A stretch of DNA of 64,000 bases from an uncultured cyanobacterium (GCA_963706595.1 OY970166.1:4992001-5056000); one strand, 5' to 3'. Positions 10,875 through 22,274 are shown, counted from the stretch's first letter. Program-made: numbers and translations. Notes: generated by a model not told the origin, from the sequence alone.

Positions 10875-11266
10875 AAAAGTATATTTGGTTAAAGGCAGTT
10901 GCCCTGATAATAACCGTTTTAGCATTCTGGGACAGGAACACTGGAGAGGGCGTGAATATTAATTTGGGACAATCACCAAAAAATTGGTAAGAAGTGGTAA
11001 ATATCAGCATTTACGGGTTGATGCGACCTGCTGGCAGCAGCGCTGTAGGCGATCGCCTGGTCTGTCCTGGTTTGCAAAGGCTTTTTGAGTAATTGAACTG
11101 TTATCTTAGGTACAGAGCCTAAGTGTGTCCTTGAGAGTAAATATTTCTTCAGGAAAAGCCCTTGGTAGTATACGGGCGATCGCTCTTTCCGATAAGATGT
11201 ATATGCTCAAAAATCACATCCCCCATCAAGAGCGGATAATAGCAACTGGTCAAGGACTTTTATCGT

Positions 11267-11518
11267 ATGAGTCAATCAGAAATTTTTGCAAAGGTCAAGA
11301 AAATTGTTAACGATCAACTCAGTGTTGAAGCGGACAAAATTACACCAGAAGCTAATTTTGCCAATGATTTGGGGGCTGATTCCCTAGATACCGTTGAATT
11401 AGTGATGGCATTGGAAGAAGAATTTGATATCGAAATTCCCGATGAAGCCGCCGAAAAAATTACGACGGTTCAAGAGGCGGTGGATTACATCAACGATAAA
11501 GTTGCTGCATCCGCCTAA
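11267..11518 (+). CDS. acpP: Acyl carrier protein
   Basis: [20 protein letters not shown] motif; upstream of fabF. Confidence 0.98.
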   Translation: MSQSEIFAKVKKIVNDQLSVEADKITPEANFANDLGADSLDTVELVMALEEEFDIEIPDEAAEKITTVQEAVDYINDKVAASA

Positions 11519-11756
11519 GAAAGTGCTGAGTGCTGCGTTCGTAGCAGGGCGTGAGCCATTGCTGAGGAACCACTGCTCGTCTTGGGGTCTCCCCAAGTAA
11601 AGCATCTGGCATTGTTGAGGAATCAAAAGTTAAAACTTAAAACTTCAAAGTCAAAAGTTATTCCCCGTGTCTCCTGTTCTCCAACTCCCACCTCACTACT
11701 TTGCATTCAGCACTCAGCTCTCTATTTGCAGCTTTCTCGCCAATTTTAACTAAGAA

Positions 11757-13008
11757 ATGACAGACTATAAACGTAAACGCGTCGTTGTAACTGGTGTTGG
11801 CGCGATTACACCGATTGGTAATACACCAGATGAATATTGGGAAGGTTTGTTAAGCGGACGCAATGGCATTGGCAACATCACATTTTTTGATGCTTCTAGC
11901 CATGATTGCCGCATTGCTGGGGAAGTAAAAAACTTCGATCCACTGGCTTACATGGATCGCAAAGAAGCCAAGCGCATGGATCGGTTTGCCCAATTTGGCG
12001 TATCAGCAGCCAAACAAGCTGTTTCTGATGCCAAGTTAGTCATTAATGAACTAAATGCCGAACAGGTGGGAGTTATGATTGGCTCCGGCGTGGGTGGTTT
12101 GAAGGTGATGGAAGACCAACAAACCATCTACCTCAACCGTGGACCAGATCGCTGTAGTCCCTTCATGATTCCGATGATGATCGCCAACATGGCGGCTGGA
12201 TTAACAGCAATTCACATCGGTGCTAAAGGTACCTAATTCCTGTGCTGTGACTGCCTGTGCCGCAGGTTCTAACGCCATTGGGGATGCCTTCCGCATAATT
12301 CAAAATGGTTATGCTCAGGCGATGATTTGCGGGGGCTGTGAGGCAGCAATTACACCTTTGGGTTTAGCTGGTTTTGCCGCAGCACGAGCGCTTTCCACTC
12401 GCAATGATGATCCGGCTCATGCTTGCCGTCCTTTCGACCGCGATCGCGATGGATTTGTCATGGGTGAAGGTGGAGGCATTCTCGTACTAGAAGAGCTAGA
12501 ACACGCCCTCAGTCGTGGCGCTCGCATTTATGCGGAAATGGTCGGCTATGGAATGACCTGTGACGCTTACCATATCACTGCCCCAGTCCCCGGTGGTACA
12601 GGTGCGGCTAGAGCTATCCAATTGGCGCTTAAAGATGGTGGTATCACTCCAGAAATGGTGAGCTACATTAATGCTCATGGTACTAGCACCCCAGCCAATG
12701 ATTCCACGGAAACTGCGGCGATGAAAACAGCTTTGGGTGATCACGCCTATAAAATCGCGGTCAGTTCCACAAAATCGATGACAGGACATCTTTTGGGCGG
12801 TTCGGGAGGTATTGAAGCCGTCGCCACAGTGTTAGCGATCGCTCATGATCAAATTCCCCCCACGATCAATCTAGAAAATCCTGACCCAGAGTGTGATCTA
12901 GATTACGTAGCTCATACCAGCCGCGCTCAAGAAGTGGCGATCGCCTTATCCAACTCCTTTGGCTTTGGTGGTCACAATGTCACACTAGCCTTTAAGAAGT
13001 ACGCCTAA
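11757..13008 (+). CDS. fabF: Beta-ketoacyl-ACP synthase II, split by a +1 frameshift at ~12230-12231 (assembly error or real lesion)
   Basis: ORFs 11757-12236 and 12220-13008 are the N- and C-terminal halves. Deleting one base from GGTACCT restores [16 protein letters not shown]. Confidence 0.93.
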
Positions 13009-13332
13009 AATTCTCACCCATGCCGTTTTCGGCTCTCCTGAGATGATTGTGTGAAAAGTATCACAAATATCCTTCATTGCTAGGTCAAGCGTTCATCATG
13101 CCCTAATAATCGGACTGATTGATCACTAGAATCTCAGGAGATCCCGCTTGTCCATCAACAATGGGGAATGGGATGATAAAGATACTATGGGGAAAATTCA
13201 ATCAGTGATTCAGTTACCAAGTTGAGTGAAGAAAACTGATAACCTTTAACTGTTAACTGCTAACTGTGCAGAACAACCCCAGTTAGAAAAGAAGCTCCAA
13301 GAGTGTTAACCTGTCGTTAAGAATAAGAGATT

Positions 13333-15345
13333 ATGGCTGTTGCAACCCAATCCCTCGAAGAACTTTGTATTAATTCGATTCGCTTTTTGGCAGTTGATGC
13401 CGTAGAAAAAGCTAAATCAGGACACCCAGGACTGCCAATGGGCGCGGCTCCTATGGCTTTTGTCCTCTGGGATCGCTTTATGCGGTTTAATCCCAAAAAT
13501 CCTAAGTGGTTCAACCGCGATCGCTTTGTCTTGTCTGCTGGTCATGGCTCAATGTTGCTGTACGCCCTGCTTTATTTGACAGGTTACGATAGCGTCACCA
13601 TAGAAGATATCAAGCAATTTCGTCAATGGGGGTCTAAGACCCCAGGACACCCAGAAAACTTTGAAACCCCCGGTGTAGAAGTTACAACTGGCCCCTTGGG
13701 ACAAGGTATTGCTAATGGAGTTGGTTTAGCAATGGCAGAAGCCCATCTAGCAGCCAAATACAACAAACCAGATGCCAAAATTGTTGACCATTACACCTAT
13801 GTAATTCTAGGTGACGGTTGTAACATGGAAGGTATTTCTGGTGAAGCTGCTTCCTTCGCGGGTCACTTGGGATTAGGCAAACTGATTGCTCTGTACGACG
13901 ACAATCACATCTCCATCGATGGTTCTACAGATGTAGCATTCACCGAAGATGTTTCCAAGCGCTTTGAAGCTTATGGCTGGCACGTCCTGCACGTTGAAGA
14001 TGGTAACACCGATTTAGACTCCATTGCCAAAGCAATTGAAGCCGCCAAAGCTGTCACCGACAAGCCCACCATGATTAAGGTGACTACCACCATCGGTTAT
14101 GGTTCACCCAACAAGCAAAACACTGCTGGTATTCACGGTGCTGCTTTGGGTGCAGACGAAATTGCCTTAACTCGTAAACAACTCAACTGGGAACACGAGC
14201 CTTTCGTAGTTCCTCAAAATGCTCTTGACCACACACGCAAAGCAGTAGAACGCGGCGCAAGCTACGAAACTGAGTGGAACAAGACATTTGCCGACTACAA
14301 AGCCAAATATCCCCAAGAAGCGGCGGAATTTGAACGTTACCTCAGTGCTAAACTGCCCGACGGTTGGGATAAAGTCCTGCCTAGCTACACCCCCGAAGAC
14401 AAAGGACTACCAACCCGCAAACACTCAGAAAACTGTCTCAATAAACTAGCAGCAGTTTTACCTGAGTTAATTGGTGGTTCTGCTGACTTGACTCACTCCA
14501 ACTTAACTGAATTGAAGGGCAAGGGCGACTTCAAAAAAGGAGAATACCAAAACCCCAACATTCACTTCGGTGTGCGGGAACACGGTATGGGCGCAATCTG
14601 TAATGGTATGGCGCTGCATGGTTCGGGATTAATTCCCTACGGTGCGACCTTCTTGATTTTCACAGATTATATGCGGGCTGCTATCCGTTTATCTGCTTTG
14701 TCTCAAGTCGGCGCAATTTGGGTGATGACTCACGATTCCATTGGACAAGGTGAAGATGGTCCTACGCACCAACCAATAGAAACTCTGGCTTCCTTGCGTG
14801 CTATTCCTAACCTGACTGTATTTCGTCCCGCAGACGGTAACGAATGCTCTGGTGCGTACAAAGTCGCAATTACCAAAGCTAAGGAAAACGCTCCTTCGCT
14901 GTTAGCCTTCACTCGTCAAAATGTCCCCAACTTGGCAGGTACATCGATTGAGAAGGTGGCTCAGGGTGGTTACGCTGTGGTAGATTGCCAAGGTACTCCC
15001 GATATCATCTTGATTGGTACTGGTTCAGAATTGAGCCTCTGTGTCACCGCAGGGGAGAAATTGACAGCCGAAGGTAAGAAGGTTCGTGTTGTCTCTATGC
15101 CTTCAAGTGATTTGTTTGACGCGCAAGATGCAGCTTATAAGGAGTCTGTTCTACCTAAAGCTGTCACCAAGCGTTTGTCTGTAGAAGCTGCTTCTAGTTT
15201 CGGCTGGCACAAGTATGTTGGTAGCGAAGGTGATACTGTTAGTATCGACACTTTTGGTGCTTCGGCTCCTGGTAATGTTTGTATGGAGAAGTTTGGCTTT
15301 AGTGTTGATAATGTGTTAGCTAAGGCTAAGGCTTTGTTGGGTTAA
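13333..15345 (+). CDS. tkt: Transketolase
   Basis: [16 protein letters not shown] motif, [16 protein letters not shown]. Confidence 0.98.
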   Translation: MAVATQSLEELCINSIRFLAVDAVEKAKSGHPGLPMGAAPMAFVLWDRFMRFNPKNPKWFNRDRFVLSAGHGSMLLYALLYLTGYDSVTIEDIKQFRQWGSKTPGHPENFETPGVEVTTGPLGQGIANGVGLAMAEAHLAAKYNKPDAKIVDHYTYVILGDGCNMEGISGEAASFAGHLGLGKLIALYDDNHISIDGSTDVAFTEDVSKRFEAYGWHVLHVEDGNTDLDSIAKAIEAAKAVTDKPTMIKVTTTIGYGSPNKQNTAGIHGAALGADEIALTRKQLNWEHEPFVVPQNALDHTRKAVERGASYETEWNKTFADYKAKYPQEAAEFERYLSAKLPDGWDKVLPSYTPEDKGLPTRKHSENCLNKLAAVLPELIGGSADLTHSNLTELKGKGDFKKGEYQNPNIHFGVREHGMGAICNGMALHGSGLIPYGATFLIFTDYMRAAIRLSALSQVGAIWVMTHDSIGQGEDGPTHQPIETLASLRAIPNLTVFRPADGNECSGAYKVAITKAKENAPSLLAFTRQNVPNLAGTSIEKVAQGGYAVVDCQGTPDIILIGTGSELSLCVTAGEKLTAEGKKVRVVSMPSSDLFDAQDAAYKESVLPKAVTKRLSVEAASSFGWHKYVGSEGDTVSIDTFGASAPGNVCMEKFGFSVDNVLAKAKALLG

Positions 15346-15375
15346 TTAGCAACGAAATATTCTCTTAAGTTTTAG

Positions 15376-15406
15376 AGGGGTGGGCTGAAAGGTCTGCCCT
15401 TTTTTT
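15376..15406 (+). terminator. Probable intrinsic terminator of tkt
   Basis: GGGGTGGGCT-GAA-AGGTCTGCCCT stem-loop followed by a T run. Confidence 0.65.
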
Positions 15407-15496
15407 AACGCAGAGGGGCGCGGAGGTTAACGCAGAGGTAACACGGAGAGGAATTAATTATAATTGGGGTAATGAGTCTATATATGAGGGGTAATT

Positions 15497-15790
15497 ATGC
15501 AGGAAGTTTTAAATTACAATCAGGAGCTATACAATCGAATCTCGCCAATTGTGGAGAAGTTGATTCAGGGTAATAGTTTATATCAAGTTAAGTTAAACCA
15601 ACGTGAAATGATCGAAATGTTGGTAGAGTTATTTGGACAGTTTTCACCGGAAGAAATGAGGGAAATTAACGAGGATGATTTAATCAGAAGAATAGATAAA
15701 ATCTTGGTATTAGAGGCTGTTTCTGGTACGTTAAATGATTTAACACCTGAGCAAATAGCGCTTTTTGATGCAGCAGTGGAAGGTAGATAA
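15497..15790 (+). CDS. Putative antitoxin (acidic helical protein upstream of vapC)
   Basis: GAGG RBS; 4-bp gap to a PIN toxin gene; no DNA-binding family recognised. Confidence 0.65.
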   Translation: MQEVLNYNQELYNRISPIVEKLIQGNSLYQVKLNQREMIEMLVELFGQFSPEEMREINEDDLIRRIDKILVLEAVSGTLNDLTPEQIALFDAAVEGR

Positions 15791-15794
15791 ATAG

Positions 15795-16205
15795 GTGAAT
15801 TACTTACTTGATTCAAACATTGTCTCTTATATTTTGAAAAAGAATGTAACCGTAGATAATAAACTACGGGAAGTGACTCGTAAAGGGGAAGAAGTATTTA
15901 TTAGTTGCATCACTTACTATGAAATCAAAAGAGGACTTTTATCTATAAATGCTTCGAGACAGTTATCTGAATTTAAGCAGTTCTTTGAGAAACATACAAT
16001 CTTGTTATTGGATGATATGGAGATTATAGAGAAAGCCTGCGAAATCCATGTAGATTTAAAACGTCGAGGTTTTACTATTCAAGAGCAAGATATATTGATT
16101 GCAGCAACTGCAATTACACGCGGCTTAATTCTAGTCTCGAATGATTCTGATTTGTTAAGAGTTCAAGGGATTAATTTAGAAAATTGGGCAAAAGCAGAAT
16201 CTTGA
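15795..16205 (+). CDS. vapC: PIN-domain VapC-family toxin
   Basis: YLLDSN, YYE, QDILIAATA, LVSND acidic tetrad, terminal LENW. Confidence 0.92.
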   Translation: MNYLLDSNIVSYILKKNVTVDNKLREVTRKGEEVFISCITYYEIKRGLLSINASRQLSEFKQFFEKHTILLLDDMEIIEKACEIHVDLKRRGFTIQEQDILIAATAITRGLILVSNDSDLLRVQGINLENWAKAES

Positions 16206-16336
16206 GTTTGAGGAAATATCGTTCCTCATTTAACTTGCATCATGAGGACGGGCAAGATGCCCATCCCAAAAGATATTAAGTAAATTTGATGGGTGCAAAA
16301 TAGATGTGTTTTAGTTTAATTAGCAGGAGTGTGTGA

Positions 16337-16696
16337 GTGTTTAAGAAATTGCGAGGAGGATTACTGGTTGGGATTGGCTATATGCTTTCTCCCCTGTCGT
16401 GGTGGAATGATATATTTTTTAATCTACCGATCGCACTGTTGTTTGGTTATCTGGTAAGCTGGGCTAAACCTGATTGGTTTTTACCGTTCACAATCATTGG
16501 CTATTGGCTCTCCAATGTTTTGGGAATTGTGATGATGCAAATGGGAGCGATGGATATGTTCATCACAGAAGAGAAGCGGAACCTCAAAAGAGATTTACTG
16601 CTAGGCTTGGGTGGTTCCACTGTTTATACCGTAGTTGTTGCGCTGCTAGTCTATTTTCATATTCTGGAAATACCTGCGTTTCTGCTCAATCCCTGA
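16337..16696 (+). CDS. Hypothetical membrane protein
   Basis: AGGAG RBS; LSPLSWWND motif; 3-4 hydrophobic segments. Confidence 0.75.
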   Translation: MFKKLRGGLLVGIGYMLSPLSWWNDIFFNLPIALLFGYLVSWAKPDWFLPFTIIGYWLSNVLGIVMMQMGAMDMFITEEKRNLKRDLLLGLGGSTVYTVVVALLVYFHILEIPAFLLNP

Positions 16697-16805
16697 TACT
16701 CTGAGCAAACGCTGAATTTATAAAATATCACTGAGAACTGATACCAATTTTTCAATATGTGCGGCTTCATGAGTAGCCATCACAGATACCCCATACGTGT
16801 CAACT

Positions 16806-16959
16806 TACAGCAGTTTTTATGTATTTGAACCACAATTATTAGACCTAACCCCCAGCCCCTTCCCTACAAGGGAAGGGGGGTCAATCAAAGCCTCTCTCCT
16901 TGCAGGAGAGAGGTTTGGAGAGAGGTCGGTTTGTGGTCTATTTACCTGAAAATAGCTGT
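16806..16959. mobile_element. MITE-like element (TACAGC...GCTGTA) with internal GC hairpin repeats
   Basis: Imperfect TIRs; internal CCCCTTCCC-TACAA-GGGAAGGGG and CCTCTCTCCT-TGC-AGGAGAGAGG hairpins. Confidence 0.6.
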
Positions 16960-17035
16960 AAGATTAAATCGGCGGTTAAAAACCGCATCTACACAGGCTA
17001 AACCAAGAATCTCCGTGTCTTTAGACCAGAGAGTG

Positions 17036-18544
17036 TCAACGCATATCATAGCCGAATAAATTCGGATCGACTTCTCCTAAATTTAAATCTGCTAAACCAT
17101 ATTCAGCCCATCGTTTGTCTACCATCGCGGCTATATCTGGATCTGATTCTAAGGGCGAACCCCATTCGTGGTCTGTTTCTGGGGGAATCTTGGTCGTTGC
17201 ATCAATTCCCATTCGTCCACCTAAACCAATTTTCTCACTAGCAAAATCTAAGGTATCAAAGGGTGTGTTGGGCAAAATAAACACATCCCGACTGGGGTCA
17301 ACTTTGGAACTAATTGCCCACACTACTTGACGCGGATCACGAATATTGATATCTTTATCCACGACAATCACAAATTTGGTGTAGGTAAATTGGGGTAAGG
17401 CACTCCAAAAGGCTAAAGCCGCCCGTCGCGCTTGTCCTGGATATGCTTTATCAATGGAAATAATCGCGGCTTTGTAACTTAAAGCTTCCATTGGTAAGAA
17501 GAAATCGACAATTTCGGAGACTTGTTGCCGCAGAATAGGAGTGTAAATCCGATTGAGTGCGATCGCCATCATTGCTTCTTCTTTCGGTGGACGACCGCTA
17601 AATGTGGTTAAATAAATTGGATCTTTGCGGTGGGTCATACATTGGAACCGCACTAATGGCGAATCTTCTACACCGCCGTAGTAACCCATGTGATCACCAA
17701 AGGGACCATCTGGTAATACTTCCCCTGGTGTAATTGTTCCTTCTAAAACAAACTCAGAATCGGCGGGAACTTCCAAATCTACGGTTTTACACTTGGCTAA
17801 GTTGACACCGGAACCACCATATAGTCCCGCAAATAACCATTCCGATAAATCTACTGGGATAGGTGTCGCAGCTGCCATGATAATTAAAGGATCTACTCCC
17901 AGTGCGATCGCCACTTCTAATTTTTTACCACGTTCAGCAGCTTTGCGTAAATGTCTCGCCCCACCGCGCACAGATAACCAGTGAACAGTCATCGTATTTT
18001 TGGATTGCAGTTGCAAGCGATACACACCCACATTTGGCGTACCCGTTTCACAATCCTTAGTAATTACCAAACCTAGAGTGATAATCTTACCAGCATCATT
18101 TATATAAGGACGAATCAAGGGCAATTTATTTAAATCTAAATCATCGCCTTGAATTACGACTTGCTGACAAGCTGGGAAAAAGTCTCTTCCTGGTTTCGCC
18201 TTCACCACATCAAACAGCACCTTCCCAAAGTCTATAGCTTGGGAAATCTTCTTTGGTGGTTTTGGTTGTTGCAGCATCCCCAGCTTCTTACCCAGAGTTT
18301 CCAACTCCTCTGGATGCTCCATATTCATTGCCCAGCATATCCTTTCCACCGTTCCCATCAAATTGATTGCCACCGGGAATGATGCACCTTTCACGTTCTC
18401 AAATAACAACCCTGGACCACCTTGTTGCAGCATTCGGTTGCAAATTTCCGCAATTTCAAACTCTGGGTCAACCAAAGCCGAAATTCTCTTTAATTGTCCT
18501 CTTTCTTCCAGAATTTTGATGAATCCCCGTAAGTCTCTTGCCAT
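17036..18544 (-). CDS. ubiD: UbiD-family prFMN-dependent decarboxylase (plastoquinone pathway)
   Basis: MARDLRGFI, NVGVYRLQ, DGPFGDHMGYY, GIDAT motifs. Confidence 0.93.
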   Translation of the reverse strand: MARDLRGFIKILEERGQLKRISALVDPEFEIAEICNRMLQQGGPGLLFENVKGASFPVAINLMGTVERICWAMNMEHPEELETLGKKLGMLQQPKPPKKISQAIDFGKVLFDVVKAKPGRDFFPACQQVVIQGDDLDLNKLPLIRPYINDAGKIITLGLVITKDCETGTPNVGVYRLQLQSKNTMTVHWLSVRGGARHLRKAAERGKKLEVAIALGVDPLIIMAAATPIPVDLSEWLFAGLYGGSGVNLAKCKTVDLEVPADSEFVLEGTITPGEVLPDGPFGDHMGYYGGVEDSPLVRFQCMTHRKDPIYLTTFSGRPPKEEAMMAIALNRIYTPILRQQVSEIVDFFLPMEALSYKAAIISIDKAYPGQARRAALAFWSALPQFTYTKFVIVVDKDINIRDPRQVVWAISSKVDPSRDVFILPNTPFDTLDFASEKIGLGGRMGIDATTKIPPETDHEWGSPLESDPDIAAMVDKRWAEYGLADLNLGEVDPNLFGYDMR

Positions 18545-18664
18545 TGTGCTAATAAATTGGAATATTTAAGAAATGTAAAGCGCTCTCTTATATTATTCAT
18601 CATTACCCACTATTAGTCTGCCAAAACCCCTTTGCAGACCAGTATCAAAACCCAGTAATTGTGC

Positions 18665-18705
18665 TTTAACGATAAATTAACCTACTAATAGCAATACCTT
18701 AACCA
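18665..18705 (+). promoter_or_regulatory. Distal Pho box (SphR-type)
   Basis: TTTAACGA-taa-ATTAACCT-(N14)-CTTAACCA; 8-mers in 11-bp phase resembling the cyanobacterial PyTTAAPyPy(T/A) consensus. Confidence 0.6.
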
Positions 18706-19072
18706 TTAAATTGCCATGATTTAGCTATCCTAATCAAGGATAAGCGTGACAAAAAAGCACTACCCTGATCAAACATGGCGATGATATACATACTTGGCTG
18801 GCTGGCGGTCTTGTAATATTACCCCGGCTGGTTTTGTTTTCGCCTATAACTTTAAGGATTATTTTTTGTACTTGTCACTATCAGGTGTTAGCAAAAAAAA
18901 TTTTATTTACACCATTTATTGATGATAGCTGGCGTGGCGTGCGTCTAATTAGTCTGCTATCGACTGATCGATCATGCCGAAGTTCTCATCTAAAATTGAT
19001 ATTAGTAAAACTTTCTCAAATACAAAGATTATTTTTAATTATTAATTATTCCCATAAATTGTTTTTTAATAT

Positions 19073-19113
19073 TTTAATTTTATCTTAATGTGAACTTAAA
19101 CTTGAATTAACCT
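19073..19113 (+). promoter_or_regulatory. Pho box upstream of pstS
   Basis: TTTAATTT-tat-CTTAATGT-gaa-CTTAAACT-tga-ATTAACCT, 11-bp period, ~60 bp before the pstS ATG. Confidence 0.8.
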
Positions 19114-19174
19114 TAAACAAATTAATCTAATGTTGTAAATAAAACACCAATCAAAACTTCAAAGCAGAGGCAAT

Positions 19175-20224
19175 ATGAGTTTTTCAACTACTATTTTGCA
19201 ACGAACATTTGCTACTTCATTACTAACTACTGCTGTTGCGCTTGGTTCTATTTGTACAGCACCTGCCCAAGCTCAAGCCCAAACTCTCAACGGTGCAGGA
19301 GCAACTTTTCCAGCACCTTTGTATGAAAGATATGCTCGTGAAGTGAGAAAGAAATTTCCAGATATGAGAATTAACTACCAAGCAATTGGTAGTGGTGGTG
19401 GTATTCGGCAAACTATTGCTGGAACTGTTGACTTTGGTGGTAGTGATGCTGCGATGACAGACAGTGACATGGCTAAAGTCAAGAACGGTGTGATTTTAGT
19501 ACCTACAGCAGGTGGTGCTGTTTCCGTCGTTTATAATCTGCCTGGTGTTAATAATCTCAGATTATCTCGTACTACTTTACCAGCTATTTTTTCTGGTCAA
19601 ATTACCAACTGGAGTGATGCCAAAATTAAAGCTGATAATCCTGGTGTAAATCTCCCAAACCAACCAATTAGATTTGCGGTTCGTGCTGATGGTAGCGGTA
19701 CAACTTTTATTTTTACCAACCACTTAAGTTCAATCAACAGTTATTTTAAAGGTAGAGTCGGAACTGGTACAGCTCCCAAATGGAATTTGCCCAATGTCCT
19801 CAGAGGTAAGGGTAATCCTGGTGTAGCTGCTTTAGTCTCTCGTACTCCTGGCGCTATTGGTTATGTAGAATATTCCTACGCCACCCAAAATAAACTCAAA
19901 TCAGCAGTGCTGCAAAATAAATCTGGACAATTTGTTGCACCTTCTTTGCAATCTGCAAACGCAGCTTTAGCATCTGTGACTTTTCCTGATAATTTCCGTA
20001 CTTTTGCCGGAGATCCAGCACAAGGTTATCCTATTGTGGGTTTGACTTGGATGATGGTTTATAAACAATATCCTAGTGCTGCTAAAGCTGATGCTGTGAG
20101 AAAATGGATTAATTGGGTGTTGACTGATGGGCAAAAATTGAATGCTCAAGCGAACTATACATCAATTCCCCCCGCAGTGGTAAATCGGGTATTGCAAACA
20201 GTAAATAGTACTGTTAAACCATAA
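19175..20224 (+). CDS. pstS: Phosphate ABC transporter substrate-binding protein
   Basis: Signal peptide, GAGATFP, GSGGG, RADGSGTT. Confidence 0.97.
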   Translation: MSFSTTILQRTFATSLLTTAVALGSICTAPAQAQAQTLNGAGATFPAPLYERYAREVRKKFPDMRINYQAIGSGGGIRQTIAGTVDFGGSDAAMTDSDMAKVKNGVILVPTAGGAVSVVYNLPGVNNLRLSRTTLPAIFSGQITNWSDAKIKADNPGVNLPNQPIRFAVRADGSGTTFIFTNHLSSINSYFKGRVGTGTAPKWNLPNVLRGKGNPGVAALVSRTPGAIGYVEYSYATQNKLKSAVLQNKSGQFVAPSLQSANAALASVTFPDNFRTFAGDPAQGYPIVGLTWMMVYKQYPSAAKADAVRKWINWVLTDGQKLNAQANYTSIPPAVVNRVLQTVNSTVKP

Positions 20225-20250
20225 TTTATCGTCTTAATTATTTCTTTAAG

Positions 20251-20275
20251 CAGGGTGGACTATTTGTTCACCCTA
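20251..20275 (+). terminator. Stem-loop between pstS and pstC (partial terminator or mRNA stabiliser)
   Basis: AGGGTGGAC-tattt-GTTCACCCT. Confidence 0.55.
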
Positions 20276-20309
20276 TTGCTCACAAATCGTCTAATTTTTT
20301 TGATTTTTC

Positions 20310-21302
20310 ATGAGAAATTCATCTAATTCGCCCGACTATAATTCATTACCTCTAAATGATGAAAATCTGGAATTGATAGCTAAGGATGGCAGAAAAGATT
20401 GGTTTGACCAAGGATTTACATGGCTCGTCTATACTTTTGCAGCAATTACTGTGGCGATGCTATTTGTGATGAGTTGGATCATTTTTAAAGAAGCTCGACC
20501 AGCTATTGCCAAGTTTGGTATAGAGTTTTTATGGGGGCAAGATTGGGATGTAAATAATGATGTTTTCGGTGCTTTACCTTATATTTATGGAACATTGGTA
20601 AGTAGTGCGATCGCCATTTTATTTGCTTTTCCTGTAGGTTTAGCAGTTGCATTAGTTACCAGCGAAAATTTTTTACCAGTTTCCATACAAACAACTCTGG
20701 CATTTGTGGTTCAGTTAATTGCCGCAATTCCCAGTGTAATTATTGGTTTATGGGGAATCTTTATTTTTATTCCAGTTTTAGAACCCCTGCAAAGGTGGAT
20801 AGCTCAATATTTTAGTTGGATGCCATTATTTAATACCACAGACCCTTTTGGGACAAATATGTTAACTGCGGGAATTGTCCTCGCAATTATGATTCTGCCC
20901 ACAATAGCAGCGATTACTCGTGATGTGTTATTAGCAATTCCGAAAGAATTACGTAGTGCGTCCATGGCTTTGGGTAGTACCCGTTGGGAAACAATTTTTA
21001 GAGTGTTACTACCTGCTGGATTTTCGGGAATTGTCAGCGCCGCAATGCTAGCTTTAGGAAGAGCTTTGGGCGAAACAATGGCTGTGACTATGGTGATTGG
21101 TAATTCTTCTCAAATCAGTGCTTCTTTATTAGATCCGGGTTATACAATACCGTCTGTTATAGCTAATGAATTTGCCGAAGCCTACCCTGGATTGCACATT
21201 GGGGCTTTAACTTATTTGGGATTAGTTTTGTTTGCAGTGACTTTGTTTGTGAATTTTGGTGCTGTGCTTCTGGTAGAGTTGGTGGGAAAAAAGAATCGCT
21301 AA
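20310..21302 (+). CDS. pstC: Phosphate ABC transporter permease PstC
   Basis: AAIPSVIIGLWG, RALGETMAV; operon position. Confidence 0.96.
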   Translation: MRNSSNSPDYNSLPLNDENLELIAKDGRKDWFDQGFTWLVYTFAAITVAMLFVMSWIIFKEARPAIAKFGIEFLWGQDWDVNNDVFGALPYIYGTLVSSAIAILFAFPVGLAVALVTSENFLPVSIQTTLAFVVQLIAAIPSVIIGLWGIFIFIPVLEPLQRWIAQYFSWMPLFNTTDPFGTNMLTAGIVLAIMILPTIAAITRDVLLAIPKELRSASMALGSTRWETIFRVLLPAGFSGIVSAAMLALGRALGETMAVTMVIGNSSQISASLLDPGYTIPSVIANEFAEAYPGLHIGALTYLGLVLFAVTLFVNFGAVLLVELVGKKNR

Positions 21303-21362
21303 AAAATCAATCCAACATATAGCATTTACTCAATTAATTAAATATTATAAGTTTACATAAAT

Positions 21363-22244
21363 ATGAGTGGTTATCAGCAGTTTAAAATAGATAAATCTCT
21401 AGCTAATGAATTATTTAGCCCTTTACCAAAATCAAGGCAGTTATTTACTTATTTAATGAATGCGATCGCCTTGGCATTCACGGTGATAGCTTTAGTTCCT
21501 TTATTATCTATTTTGTGGGAAATTCTCGCGAGGGGAATCTCTGGACTAAAGCTAGAAATGTTTGTCAATCCTGTGATTGATTTTGGTTTTGGCAATGCCA
21601 TTCTAGGAACAGCAGTAATCGTGAGTATTGCGGCTCTATTAAGTGTTCCCGTAGGCGTATTAACGGGGATATTTTTAGCCGAATTTGGACGTATTAACCC
21701 AGCAGCTAATTTTGTGCGCTTTATCACTAATATTCTGACTGGTGTACCTTCCATTATTGTGGGTGTATTCGCTTACAGTATAATCGTTTTAGTAACTAAA
21801 AAATTTAGTGCGATCGCAGGTGGCTTCGCTTTAGCCACAATCATGCTACCCGTGATTGTCCTGACCACCGAAGAAGCTTTAAAACTAGTTCCTACAGACC
21901 AACGCCTAGCCTCCGCAGCTTTAGGCGGTAATCGCCTGCAAACTACTTTTCGCATCGTAGTTACTGCCGCATTACCTGCAATTACCACAGGTATTCTTTT
22001 AGCAGTCGCCCGTGCGGCTGGTGAAACAGCACCCCTGCTTTTTACGGCTTTGTTTAGCCTAGATTGGTCAGAAGGATTACTCAGTCCAACTGCTTCCTTA
22101 CCAGTATTAATTTACAACCTCTACAACGACCCCGACCCGCAAAAACATCAATTAGTTTGGACTACTTCTATAATCTTACTTGGCTTGGTTTTATTTGTAA
22201 GTATTATCTCTCGCTTAGTTACTCATAAAATAAAGATTAAGTAA
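21363..22244 (+). CDS. pstA: Phosphate ABC transporter permease PstA
   Basis: GVPSIIVG, RAAGETAPL; operon position. Confidence 0.96.
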   Translation: MSGYQQFKIDKSLANELFSPLPKSRQLFTYLMNAIALAFTVIALVPLLSILWEILARGISGLKLEMFVNPVIDFGFGNAILGTAVIVSIAALLSVPVGVLTGIFLAEFGRINPAANFVRFITNILTGVPSIIVGVFAYSIIVLVTKKFSAIAGGFALATIMLPVIVLTTEEALKLVPTDQRLASAALGGNRLQTTFRIVVTAALPAITTGILLAVARAAGETAPLLFTALFSLDWSEGLLSPTASLPVLIYNLYNDPDPQKHQLVWTTSIILLGLVLFVSIISRLVTHKIKIK

Positions 22245-22274
22245 AAAATAAAAGATCGCAAGTTTATATACAAA

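Noticed and set aside
13035..13140. CTCCTGAGAT...ATCTCAGGAG inverted repeat between fabF and tkt
   Set aside because: Only 10 bp with a long, weakly paired interior; cannot be separated from chance or a decayed repeat.
18834..19088. 84-aa ORF upstream of pstS; also ORF 31740-31958
   Set aside because: Non-ATG starts, no RBS, no family features; they overlap promoter or hairpin DNA.
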